Source of the DNA: Mustelus asterias
Taxonomy: Eukaryota
DNA: 64,000 nucleotides
Assembly: GCF_964213995.1 (NCBI RefSeq)
Contig: NW_027590155.1
Span: forward strand, 496,001 to 560,000
Reading direction: 5' to 3'
Part shown: positions 14,100 to 25,975 of the stretch, piece after piece
How positions within the stretch are numbered: position 1 is the stretch's first letter
How the letters are laid out: every line of letters begins with the position of its first letter
Made by a program: the position numbers and the translations under genes
Notes under the pieces: model-generated
What the model was told of the DNA's origin: nothing
What the model saw: the letters and a program-made list of their open reading frames with translations, nothing else
Database searches by the model: none

Positions 14100-14190
14100 G
14101 AAGGGACGTGAGTCCAGTCGCCGCCTCCAGCAGGGAATCAACAGGCGGCGCCTGGAAAGCCGCCCCTTTCTGCCGGGTATTTAAATGCCG
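14100..14190 (+). promoter_or_regulatory. VH promoter region (TATA-like TATTTAAAT 14178-14186; no octamer)
   Basis: GC-rich patch ~90-170 bp upstream of the leader ATG with a TATA-like box and a gacgtgagtc element. Lack of an octamer fits known shark VH promoters. Confidence 0.6.
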
Positions 14191-14276
14191 CTCACTGGGA
14201 CCGGAATCCAACAGTCCGGGAGCTGGTTTGTTCACTGAGTTCCTGACACAACCATTTCCCCCAAATCACCAGAAGG

Positions 14277-14322
14277 ATGAGGTCGGCGATTTCTCTCAGT
14301 TTGTTGCTGACTTTCTTCTCCG
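14277..14322 (+). CDS. IGHV: IgH leader exon (MRSAISLSLLLTFFS-G)
   Basis: ATG at 14277, hydrophobic signal peptide, phase-1 donor G|gtgagt. Confidence 0.95.
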
Positions 14323-14454
14323 GTGAGTAGTATTTTTTCATTGTCCAAGTCTCTCACTGTTACTGTCTCAGTCTTAGTCTATCTCTGTAATATTCCAGAG
14401 TAAAAAATCATTACACCAGGATTAATCCTCGGGTTTTTTGATCTATTTTTACAG

Positions 14455-14759
14455 GTGTCCAGTCGGAGGTTGTGTTGACTCAGCCAGAGGCAGAGACCGG
14501 GCGTCCAGGAGGCTCCCTCAAACTGACCTGTAAAACCAGCGGTTTCACTCTTGGCAGCACCTGGATGGGTTGGATCCGACAGGTTCCAGGACAGGGGTTG
14601 GAGTGGCTGGTTTACTACTATAGTTCATCCAGCAACAGCTACGCCCCAGCAATTAAGGATCGATTTACTGCGTCCAAAGACACTTCAAGCAACATCTTCT
14701 CTTTGGAAATGACGAGGCTGAAGACCGAAGACACCGCCATCTATTACTGTGCAAGAGAC
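14455..14759 (+). CDS. IGHV: IgM VH gene segment (germline, unrearranged)
   Basis: Acceptor ttttacag|; open frame [25 protein letters not shown]...[12 protein letters not shown]...[11 protein letters not shown]. Confidence 0.97.
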
Positions 14760-14798
14760 CACAGCGAGAGGAACTAGGGATGGACCCGAACAAGAACA
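14760..14798 (+). other. VH 3' RSS, 23-bp spacer
   Basis: CACAGCG + 23 nt + ACAAGAACA. Confidence 0.92.
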
Positions 14799-15170
14799 GC
14801 TCGAGAGGGAATTCAGCAACTTTCATCATAACCTGAAGGTCAGTACCTGTTTTAAATATAACACTAACGACAGTGATCAGAAGCAAAACACAAACTGCTT
14901 CTGACAAACCTAACTTAGTGAAAATTAAACATTAAACCAAGAAAACACACAGACATAATGGGCTGAGCTTTTCACTCTGTTTATATTTACTGTTAACAGT
15001 TTCAGCAATTATACACCTGGATATAATGCTCGTTTTAATATTTCTGATACTTGGAGGAGATGTTTTTAGATTGTGTTTTGTAAACTGTTGCATGAAGTGT
15101 AATTTACATCACGAATAATGGTCTATTTGAAGTGAATATTGAGCGGCAGTACTGAACAGAAAGTAAGTGC

Positions 15171-15250
15171 AGTTTTTGTGCGAGTGTCTGTCACTGTGAT
15201 ACAGCAGTGGGTCACAGTGCTGAGCACAGCGACATCCTCATACAAAAACC
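15171..15250 (+). other. IGHD: DH1 segment (15199-15212, ATACAGCAGTGGGT) with 12-RSS and 22-RSS
   Basis: AGTTTTTGT-12-CACTGTG | D | CACAGTG-22-ACAAAAACC. Confidence 0.95.
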
Positions 15251-15563
15251 TCATGGAAAGAGATCGCTCAAATTGGTGATCAGCACCACAGCAGGATTTT
15301 CAAAGTAAAAGAGGCTTCAATGAAATAATGCGCAGAAGCAATATTAGTTTGTGAAAAGGTATAAAAATCTTCCCGTAAAATCTGTGTTGAACGATATGCT
15401 AAATCTACATAGAGGGTTTAAAAGCATTCCGATACCCCTTGTAAATATAATGACTTGGACAAGCTACAATATCTCACTCATTCGCTCACAGAAGAGGCAG
15501 AATCAGATTTTTGAGAGAGCAGTGAAATTAAATCTCTGTATTTTACAGTCAGCAGTCAGACTC

Positions 15564-15632
15564 AGTATTTGTCATGCTGTGTCTCACTGTGATAACTGGG
15601 GTGGCACAACAGTTACTGTCAATACAAAAACC
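15564..15632 (+). other. IGHD: DH2 segment (15592-15604, ATAACTGGGGTGG) with 12-RSS on both sides
   Basis: AGTATTTGT-12-CACTGTG | D | CACAACA-12-ACAAAAACC. Confidence 0.93.
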
Positions 15633-15959
15633 CTTCAGCACTAATTGACCGAGACTGGGTCAGTGCTCTGTTTTACCATCCAAAATTATTTGCAGTGCTG
15701 TATTATTTATGCCCAGCTCTGTACAAACAGCGAGAATCAAATGGAAAATTTATGATAACTGTTCAATTATCATTTGGTGTTTTCAATAACATGTTCATGT
15801 TATACCCGGTGAAATACAAAACATAAGGGTTATTTATGTAGAGCGAACGGTATCCACAAATACAATAATAATCTCATGAATATTAATTGACTTTGCTTTT
15901 CCTCGGGTTTGTGAATATTTAAAATAATGGCGGCTTTTCTGTCTATTTTTTGCAGGGCC

Positions 15960-15998
15960 AGTTACTGTATGACCCAGCCAAGCGAACGTGACACTGTG
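15960..15998 (+). other. JH 5' RSS, 23-bp spacer, degenerate nonamer
   Basis: AGTTACTGT + 23 nt + CACTGTG (15992-15998). Confidence 0.8.
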
Positions 15999-16046
15999 GC
16001 TACTTTGGCTACTGGGGACAAGGGACCATGGTGACGGTGACTGCAG
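15999..16046 (+). CDS. IGHJ: JH segment (YFGYWGQGTMVTVTA)
   Basis: WGxG motif; phase-1 donor G|gtaaga at 16047. Confidence 0.97.
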
Positions 16047-16559
16047 GTAAGAACCATGCAATTATTTAGTAACTGTTTTACTTGAACTTTTGTTTTATAT
16101 TTTTTATCGATTTTATTAATTAATTCGTTCACTGAAATGTGGTTTGGTGGATTCTGTACTAAAAATCTTAACAATGTTTCATGTGATTCTGCATAAAATG
16201 GGGGTTATAAAATTCTACTGTTAATTGACAAGGCGATGCTGAGGGATTCAATCCTTGGTTGCTGTATTTTGGTGTTTATCTGCTGAGGACATTGTGTGGC
16301 TGCGTTACTTTAAAAGTTACTGTCTAACTTCTGTTAAACAGTTTGACGTTTCTGCAGTGTATAAACTCGGTGACATCTAGTGGCTGCGGGTTGTACCATC
16401 TGCTGCACACGCATTTGAAATCTAATCCAATATTTTAAAAATGTGTTAAAGATTCTGTATTAATTGAGTGATCATATTCCGCTTACTCGCAATGCCGGTG
16501 TGGTTCTGACATATTTCTGTTAATTTAATCATTGATTAGTTTGGTGATGAGCGGATTGG

Positions 16560-18260
16560 CTGGATTTAAATTTGAGATTTGCTGTCAATGTTACATTTGA
16601 TTCTATTGAAAGTGTTTGTAGAATTGAGCTGCTTCTGCATTATGCGGGGTTCAGTGATATTTTGTTTTCTGTTGAGGAGATTGTGGGTCTGGGTGACTTT
16701 GAATAAGTAAAATTTTTGAAATGGTTTGGCGATTCTGCATTATTTAATCTCGGTGACACTGAGCTGTTACACACTTTGTGATTGAATACAAACAGTCTTC
16801 GCGTCTGAAACTGCTTGACGCATGATTATATGTTGAAATCAGGCAGGCTTTATTCCATTGGCATTTTTGAAAATCATAATTGATAATTGCAGGTTAAACT
16901 AAATCACAGTTTACGCAGTTTGTTCAGAATATAGTTTGCCACTGCATTCACTATTTGGTTAACCTGCAATGTTAAATCTCAGTGATTGCTGCTGCTTTTA
17001 CCATCCAAATGTTTAAATATGTTTGAAATATGATCCAATATGAACAAAATGTGGTAAAGTTTCCATATTAATGTGTTGGATATATTCTATCTCTTCACAA
17101 TGCTATTGCTATTATTCCAGATTTCTGTTTTGTTTAATAATTCATACATTTGGTGACGAGCTGTTTTGCTGGATTCGATATTGAGATTTTCTTGCAATGA
17201 TACATTTTATTATGTTGAATGAATAATTGAGCTGCTTCTTCATGAAGCGGAATAATTCCCTCAGTGATGTGCTTTGGAGTGTTTATGTTCAGGAGATTCT
17301 GTGGTTCGGCCACTATGATAGTTTAAAATTTGCGAAGTGATTTGATGTTTCCGCATTGTTTCTGCATTGTTTAAACTCGGCGGCACTGAGCGGTTACACA
17401 TTTTCTGGTTGAATGCAAAGAATCTCTGAGTTTGAAAGTCCTTGTAGTAGAAAACAGGCATGTTTTGGGAAAAAATGAAATCAAGATATCACAACATTTT
17501 TATAAATTTTAACTAATGTTTAAATATTAAAATAAATCATAACTTACAAAGTTCACTTGGACACTAAGTCATTGCTGCAATCACAAACTTCTCATTAACC
17601 AATTTGATCATGAAATTAAGATAAATCAAACAATTATTGATCGGCAATATAACTCCATATTCACCAAAGATTTTTTTATGTTAATATCATTATTCATTAA
17701 TCACCTCTAATAGTTCTGTTCAATTAAAATGACCAGAAAAGTTTCTGGGCTGGAAATATTTTGTGATAATTCCAGAAACTATTTCAATGATAACGTGCTG
17801 TTTCCATAGCAGCGCTCAATTCAACAAGATACTTTGCATTAGTCGTTATATCCCAGATTAAGTTCGCATTCACTGGAATACGAGTTTTGCAGAATAAGAC
17901 GTTGCTTTTTGGCAATTTATGTATCCGATTATTACATTTTCTTTCTGTGCAGTCGCAATCAGATTATTCCCTCCAAGTAATTTATAATTGGATACCGAGA
18001 TAATTAATTACTAATCTCATCTCAAAATTTGTGAAATGGTTTGGTGTTTCTCAATTGTTTCTGTATTGTTTCAACTCTGTGATACTGAGCGGTTACACGT
18101 TTTCTGGCTAAATGAAAATAAAACTGCGTTTGAAAATTCTTGCAGGGATAAAGGAAAAAGGTTTCGGAAAAATAAAATAATTAGATGTTTGGGCTTTTAT
18201 CCATGTTAACTGGTGCTTACATATTAAAATAAATCATGAATTACAATTCTTATAGAGACA
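16560..18260 (+). repeat. Diverged ~0.6-0.7 kb tandem duplication in the 5' J-C intron
   Basis: Motif gaaatggtttgg...ctcggtgacactgagc.gttacac recurs at ~16718, ~17334 and ~18033; aattgagctgcttct recurs at ~16622 and ~17225. Confidence 0.7.
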
Positions 18261-19911
18261 CTGTATCTCTGTTAGGGACATTACACTACCCTGAATCTGT
18301 TATATTTGAGGTGCTCATTTTCAGAAAAAATACATTTTTGCCCAGTTTTCATGATTTGAGACAGACAGGGAGAGATAGTTAAAAGGCGAAGGGAGTTTTG
18401 AAATGAACATCAGGTTAATTTAAATTTTTATTGACTTTTTTGCAGTTGTAATTTGACCTTAGATCAATTAGAATCAAACAGTTTGAATAAATTTGACAGA
18501 GCGAACAGAGTTTTCTGACAGGTGGAATTCGCTGACACTCAAGCAATTTTCACATAATTGTGTTTGAATTGTAGTAAAGTGTCAACAGAAACTGGCTAGA
18601 GATGGGCAAGTTAATGTTTGAAATTCAAAAAGATTAATTTAAATAAAAATATTATACTATTATAAATACTATAAAAATAATCTTATCTCTGCACTTGATA
18701 ATAACATCATGTCTCCCATTACTGCTGAACACAGGATAGAATTATGGGAAGAATAAATGACAGAATAGAAGAATTGATTCTATCTGAACCTTATGTTTAA
18801 TTCATATTAAATATTATAATGAAGAAAAAGTCTGGACTTACATTCTGCATCATGTTTTAGTGTTACAGAGGATTTGAATCAATTGTCCTCTTTGTGTTTG
18901 CACGGTTTAATTCAGATCTTCTTTAATTAAACAATGTGTTCAGTAATTAAGTTATATGGATGTTCTAAATTACTAAATCTTGGAAGCAGTATTATTGATT
19001 TCAAACTGCCAGGCCGTTACAGTCTATACATATTCAGCAGTATGCAATTTTAACACGTTTGCAGGTTATAATAAGACACTTGTAGTAAAAGTGAAAAAGT
19101 AAAATATCACAATGTGATTAGATTTAAGTAAATGAATAACAGATGTCTGAATGTTTCTGTTCAGTAATTTGAAATTATATTTAACATTGTCTAAGATTTA
19201 ATTGTAACCTAATTATTTAACGATGTTGGAGGCAGAAGCACATTTTGAATGATTGAAAACCCATTTTATTACAGAGTACAAATGAGCTGACAGGAGAACT
19301 AACTAGTAATTAACAATAACTTAAAATATAATATTGCTGCTGATTAATTCAAAACAAACTACCTTGAATATTGTACAGGCGTGCAAAATACAATCCGTTT
19401 TAGAGAATATTCAATTGTGTCGGAAATGAATTCAGAAACAAAACATTACTTTACTCAGCTGTGCTCACTCGATAAAGTGTTTTGCTTTGATTAATTTGTT
19501 GAGTACATTTAATTAAGAAATTAGATCTAATCAGGTAATGATTTTCAATCTAAATGTTTCTTGATTTGGTTACTTCTTGCTGTGTCACTGCATCTCTGTT
19601 AGGGACATTGAACTGTCCTGAATCTGTTATTTTTGATTGCTCATTTTCGGCGAAATTACATTTTTACATAGTTTTCGAGAAGTGAGACAGAGGAATAATT
19701 AACAGTCGAAAGGAGTTTTGAAATGAATATCAGTTTAATTTAAAATAGGTTATTAATTTTCTGTTGTTGTAAGTTGGCCATTGATCAATTAGAATCCAAC
19801 AGTTTGAATGAAATTGACAGATTGAACAGATCTATCTGCTGGGCACTCGATTGTTGCACCGTTTATGTCTGTTCTGTTTCTGTGCGCGTGGTCACTGTGT
19901 TGGGGCCAGGA

Positions 19912-20324
19912 AACACACACACACACACACACACACATGCACTATCCCTCCCACATTCCCGTACTCTCACTTCGTCTCACACTCATTCACATGCTCCCTC
20001 TCTCATACGAACACTTCCACACGCATTCTCTCACGCAGGCACATATTTCTCTCTCTTTCACACGCTTACTCCCTTACACATTATCTCACATACGCACAAT
20101 CTTGCTCTCAAACCCTGTCTCTCACAAAGACTCTCTCTCACACGCACACAGTCTCTCCGTCTCTCACACACGAACACACATGTATACACAATGCATCTCT
20201 CTGAAACACTCCACCTATCACAGACACGTTTTCTCTCAATCGTTATTTCACTCACACACACTCACACATCCACTCTGTCTAATTTTCACACTTTTTCTCG
20301 CTCACACTCTCCCCGCCCCTCCAC

Positions 20325-20360
<36 letters not shown>

Positions 20361-22680
20361 TGAAGAACAGAGACACTCACACACATAAAGAATATCTCTT
20401 CAAACACACACTCTCTCTCTCACACACACACATTCGCGATATCACATATCCTTTCTCTCACGCACACTCTCTCCTCTTGCACACACAGACCACTGTCTCA
20501 CACACGTGCAAAAGCACTCATGTGTCTGACACACTCTCACCCACATAAACCACACACAACGTCTCTCTCTCACACACAAAAACTCTTTCTCTCTGTCACA
20601 GACACACACGCTCACACACACACACACACACACTCAAAAATATTGCTTCTATCACCCACACACATTGTACACATCTTTCTCACTCACACGCAATCCCATG
20701 CACACTTTCACACACTCATGAACCTACTATTTTGCTTTCAAATAGGCACTCCCTCTCGCACACACTGTCTTTCACATGAACACAACACTCTCTCCCACAC
20801 ACAGACCCTCCTTCTCAAGCACACGCACTCTCTTTCACAGACACCCTGTATCTCATATAGACACACTTCTTTTCACATAAACACACACTCAATCACACAC
20901 AGAAGTACTCTTTCATACAGACTCCCCACACACATTCTCCCCGCCCCTCCACACACACACTTTCAAGGTGAGACACACTATCACACACAAAGAATAACTC
21001 TTCAAACACATGCTCTCTCACACACACACATTATCTCACACACCCTTTCTCGCACACACACTCTCCCCTCTTGCACGCACAGCCCACGGTCTTACACACG
21101 TGCAAACGTAGTCTATCACACACAGGCACCCTCCCACACATTCACTCTCTCACACACACACACCCAAACACCCTCTCACACACTTTCCATCTCACATACG
21201 TCAGAGTGTCTGTCCTTGACATCATAGAATAGAATCATAGGATCCTACAGTGCAGAAGGAGGCCATTCAGCCCATCGAGTCTGCACCAACAGCAATCCCG
21301 ATCCCCATAACCACATGTATTTACCCTAACTAGTCACCCTGACACTAAGGCGCAATTTAGCACGGCTAATCCACCGAACCCGCACATCTTTGGACTGTGG
21401 GAGGAAACAGGAGCACCCGAATGAAACCCAAATAGACATGGGGGGAACTTGCAAACTCCACACAGACAGTGACCCAAGTCGGGAATCCAACTCTGAGGCA
21501 GCAGCGCTAATCACTGTGCCACCGTGCCACCATCCCCCCGCCCCCCCCCCACTTACTCACTCGCATTCACTCACTCACCCTCATTCACTCACACTCACAC
21601 CCTCATTCACTCACCAGCACTCACTCACTCACACCCACTCACCCTCACACATCCTCACTCACTCATCCCCATTCACTCACTGTCACTCAGCCACCCACAC
21701 TCACGCGCTATCACTCACTCAACCTCACTCACTAACCCTCAGTCACTCACTCAGAGCCTCAGTCACTCACCAACACTCATAATCACCTTCATTCACTCAT
21801 CCCACTAACCCACCCTCACTCACCCAGTCTCACTCACTCTCACTCACTCACTCTACTTACCCACCCTCACTTATCCAGTCTCACTCACTCTCCCTCACCC
21901 TCACTCACCCCACTTACGCACCTTCACTCATCCAGTCTCAATCACTCTCACTCACTCACCGCATTTACCCTCCCTCACTTATCCAGTCTCAATCTCTCTC
22001 ACTCACACTCACTCACTCTCCCCACTTACCGACCCTCACTCACCCAGACGCACCCCCACACACTCAAGCTCAATCACCCTCTCTCTCTCACGTACGCCAC
22101 CTGACCCATTCAAACTCACTGAGACTCACGCACCTACATTCACTCACACACCCTCACATATTCACCATCACTCAAGGTCACCCACCCTAACTCACAGATC
22201 CTCAATCACTCATCCTCACTCAAACACCTTCAATCACTCACCCTCACTCATCCACCCATCCGCATTTATTCTCCCTCACACACTCTCACACCACCCTCAA
22301 TAACACACCCTGACTCACTCACTCTCTCACCCTCACTTACAAAGTCACATTCACTCCTCACCCTCATTCACTCGCTCTCACTCACCCACCTTCACTAACC
22401 TTCACGCATCCTCACTCGCTCACCCTCATTCATTCATTCTCTCTTACCGACACTCACTCACCCACCTTCACTCACACATTCAGCCACCTTCACTCACCCA
22501 CCCTCTCTCACACACCCTCATTTACTCACGTTCTCTCACCCTCACCCACACTTACTCACTCACACTCAATCACTCACCCTCACTTACCCACCTTCCATCA
22601 CTCACACACCATCACTCATCCACTTTCACTCCTTCAATCACTCACCCTCACGCACTCACATTCTCTCACTCACACTCGCT
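19912..22680. repeat. Low-complexity (CA)n/(CT)n then (TCAC/CTCACCC)n tract, with a HE1-like SINE (-) at ~21225-21530
   Basis: The + strand is almost G-free; SINE body is recognisable in reverse complement. Confidence 0.9.
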
Positions 22681-22769
22681 AAACCTGTGTGTGGAGGTCT
22701 GCAACGAGAGAGAAGAAAGATCTCAAGCGGCAGTTTGGTCTTCAAATGTGGGAGCTGCCCTGCGAATGT

Positions 22770-23425
22770 GGAGAGCTGGGGGGAATCCCTGGGGGCTCAG
22801 GGCCAAGGACAATGGCAAAGAGCCGGGGAGAACAGGAGGCGTGCTAAAGGGCAGAGAGCTGGGGGCGGGGGGGGGGGGGTGCACAGAGTCTGGGGAAAGG
22901 GCCGAGAGCCGGGGAAAGGGCAGAGAGCCAGGAGAAAGGGCAGAGAGCCAGGAGAAATGGGAAAGAGCGCCAATGGAAAGGGCAGGGAGCCAGGTGAAAG
23001 GGCAGAGAAACAGGAGAAAAGGCAGCGAGATGGAGGAAATGGCAGAGAGATCAGGGAAAGAGGAGAAGCCAGGATAAAGGGCAGGGAGGCCGGGGAAAGG
23101 ACAGAGAGCCGACGAAAAGTGCAAAAGAGCCCTGGGGAAAGGGCAGAGAGTCAGGGGGAAAGACAGAGAGTCAGGGGGGAAGGGCAGAGAGCCGGGGGAA
23201 CGGGGAAAGAGAATAGTGAGCAGGGACAGAGGGCAGAGAGCCGGGGGAAAGGGTAGGGTGCTGAGGGAAAGGGCAGAGAGCTGGGGGAGAGGGCACAGAG
23301 CTGGAGGGAAGTGTCGAGATCCAGGTGGAAGTGCAGAGAGCCAGGTGAAAGGGGAAAGGAGCCACAGGGAATGGCAGAGAGCCAAGGGAAAGGGCAGAGA
23401 GCCAGGGAAAATGGGCAGAGAGTGG
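22770..23425 (+). repeat. G-rich ~20-bp tandem repeat (consensus ~GGGCAGAGAGCCRGGGGAAA), roughly 30 diverged copies
   Basis: Read directly from the sequence; the + strand is almost T-free. Confidence 0.9.
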
Positions 23426-23749
23426 GTGATCGACGGGCGGAGTGAGGAGGTGCAAAATAGAGCTATCACCACAATCAGATCATCTGTAATCTCAGTGAAC
23501 TATGGAGGTGACTTCAGGGTCCGAATGGTCAACTCTTGCTATTAATGTACGACCCTTAAATTAATCAATGTTGCAATTATTTGAATTTGTAATCACATTT
23601 ACAGTTTCCTGGTCATTCAGTAAGTATTCATTCCGAAGGTATTTCTGAAGGAAAGTCACTAATCTTCGTTTTGTGGAGTGAGAGGCAGTGAGTTGGAGAG
23701 AGGAAGGGGCATCAGTCAGTTTGAACACAGGCAATATCCAAAAATTACA

Positions 23750-23870
23750 ATGTGGAGATGCCGGCGTTAGGTTGGGGTGGGCACAGTAAGGAGTCTCACA
23801 ACACCAGGTTAAAGTCCAACACGCTTATTTGGAATTGCGAACTTTTGGAGCTCTTTCATCAGGTGAGTGG
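23750..23870 (-). mobile_element. Short Penelope-derived element with a degenerate hammerhead motif
   Basis: Same family as 30730-30854, in reverse orientation (caacaccaggttaaagtccaaca...ttcatcagg). Confidence 0.65.
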
Positions 23871-24392
23871 CTGATATGAATGAAGAGACAACTTCTTCAT
23901 CACAAAGTGCTGTTGTTTGAGAAATAGGTAGTGCCTGAAATAATGGAGAAAGTCTTTACTCTTCTCTGTTAATCCAATGAATGGTATGTCATTACGATGA
24001 CATCAAAATGTTTTTGTCTTTCCAATCTGATAGAGGTGGTGACAGTGATGTGAGTTTCTACAAAAATTGCGATTCCCAACTGATAGGAGTAACAGAAGCT
24101 CAAAGGTGTGCGTAGGTTTTAATCGGGAAATATTAACTTAAGTTCATAATTCTAGTCAAATCGTGACGTTGAAACATAGAAAATAGAAGCAGGAGGAGGC
24201 CATTCGGCCCTTTGACCCTGCTCCACCATTCACTTTGATCATGGCTCAATAATATCCTGACCCCGCCTACTACCCATATCCTTTAGCCCCAAGAGCTATA
24301 CCTAATATAGAAACATACTTGTATAAATATGTTTGATTAATTAATAAACGCAGGTAATAGTCTAACTTGTTTAATCGACTATTCTTTCCCAG

Positions 24393-24692
24393 CGACACCG
24401 TCTCCGCCCACTCTCTACAGCCTCGTCTCTTCCTGTCAGCAACACAACTCCGCTGGCTCCATCACCTACGGCTGTTTGGCGATGGACTACTCTCCAGATA
24501 TCTCCAAACTGACCTGGAAGAAAAATGGGCAGCTGATCGACACTGGATTTAAGAATTATCCATCAGTGAGAAACGCAAAGGGAACTTACACCTTGAGCAG
24601 CCAATTAACCATCACCCAGTCAGAGGGAGAGTGCAGCAAAATCAAGTGTGAGGTTCGACACAGCGACTCAGTCAAGAGCATTGGAATGCAAT
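24393..24692 (+). CDS. IGHM: IgM CH1 exon
   Basis: ttcccag| (A)[14 protein letters not shown]...[10 protein letters not shown]...WKK...YTLSSQLTI...CEVRH...GMQ |gtaagt. Confidence 0.96.
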
Positions 24693-24834
24693 GTAAGTGT
24701 TGTGGAACTTGGGCAAGACAGGAACGCTCTGATTGAACTGTATAAGGCTTTAGTTATAACTGATATGTAGCACTCTGAAAAATGGAATTATGCAAAATCC
24801 AGGTAAGTGCCTACTGACTGAAAAGTTGCTCAGA

Positions 24835-25590
24835 ACCAAAGAACAACAGAAATGTTACTGTGCAGAATGAGGCCATTTAGCCCATCATGTCTGTGCTGGC
24901 CAAAAGGGAGAACAAATAAACTAGCCTGACAAAGTAAGCCTATTTTCCAGCCCTTGCTCCGTAGCATTGCAGCTTAAAGCACTTGAGATGCAGACCCAGA
25001 TACCTTTTAAATGACCATGCTCCCTGGTAATTGAGCCCTCCACTTGGGGAATGAATTATTTCTGCCTACGTCCCTTATTATTTTGTGAACCACAATTATG
25101 TCACGCCTCAGCCTCCTCTTTTCCTAAAGAGAACAAACCCTGCCTATCCAATCTCGCCTCATGGCGGGAATTTTCAGTCCCTGGCAACATTCTTGTAAAC
25201 CTCATCTCTCTCCAGAGTCATTACGTTATTCCTGCAACGTGGTGACCAGAACTGTACAGCAAACTCCAAACGTGGCCTAACTCGGTTTTAAGCAGCTCCA
25301 TCATTGTATCACTGTTTTTGCATTCAATATCTCACATAATAGAGGAACTAATCCGATATGCTTTCTTGATCAACTTTTCCAGCTGCCCTTCCATCTACAA
25401 GGACCTGTGGACGTGCTCTCTAAGGTCTTGCATTTCCTCAATCCCTCTGAACATTCCAGTTTATTGCCTTGCTTTGTTTTCCCTCCCCAAATGCATTGTA
25501 TGGCACTTTTGACGGTTGAATTCCATTCGCTATTTCCCTGCCAATTCAACCAAACCATGGATATAATTCTCAAATCGGCAGCTATGGTGC
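24835..25590 (-). mobile_element. Decayed CR1 LINE 3' fragment in the CH1-CH2 intron
   Basis: Reverse-strand WQGNSEWN and ggtgaccagaactgtac motifs, plus a CR1 tail. Confidence 0.75.
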
Positions 25591-25663
25591 TAAAATAAAA
25601 GAATTAATTTTAATTGATGTCAATTGAATCTTCAAGTAACGTCTGAACATTTGTTTGTTGAAG

Positions 25664-25975
25664 GCCCAATCGTTATCACCCCAACCGTTATCCTCACCGT
25701 GAGTTCCAGTGAAGAAATCACCAGCAGAAAATTTGCAACCATCGTCTGTTCAATCATTGATTTCCAGCCAAAGTCAATGACGGTGGAGTGGCTGAAGAAT
25801 GGACAACCCATGAATTCAGGAATTGTCACCTCTCCCGCCTGTGAAGTGAATGGGAACTTCTCGGCCAGCAGTCGGTTGACAGTCTCCGCTCAGGAATGGT
25901 TCAGCAAAGTGGTCTATACCTGCCAGGTCACTCATCCAGGATTCACTCAGAGTCAGAACATCAGCGGATCTCTGG
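25664..25975 (+). CDS. IGHM: IgM CH2 exon
   Basis: gttgaag| (C)[18 protein letters not shown]...[12 protein letters not shown]...WLKNG...YTCQVTH...SGSL |gtaaga. Confidence 0.96.

Noticed and set aside
19774-21808. Long His/Thr/Ser-rich ORFs
   Set aside because: Translations of CA/CT simple repeats, which lack stop codons; no splice or domain support.
21550-22680. Many ACTCACC/ACTTACC motifs complementary to splice donors (U1-like decoys)
   Set aside because: An automatic consequence of a TCAC-type simple repeat; no evidence of function.
22687-23545. Gly/Arg/Glu-rich ORFs of up to 249 aa
   Set aside because: Artefact of the T-poor 20-bp tandem repeat inside the J-C intron.
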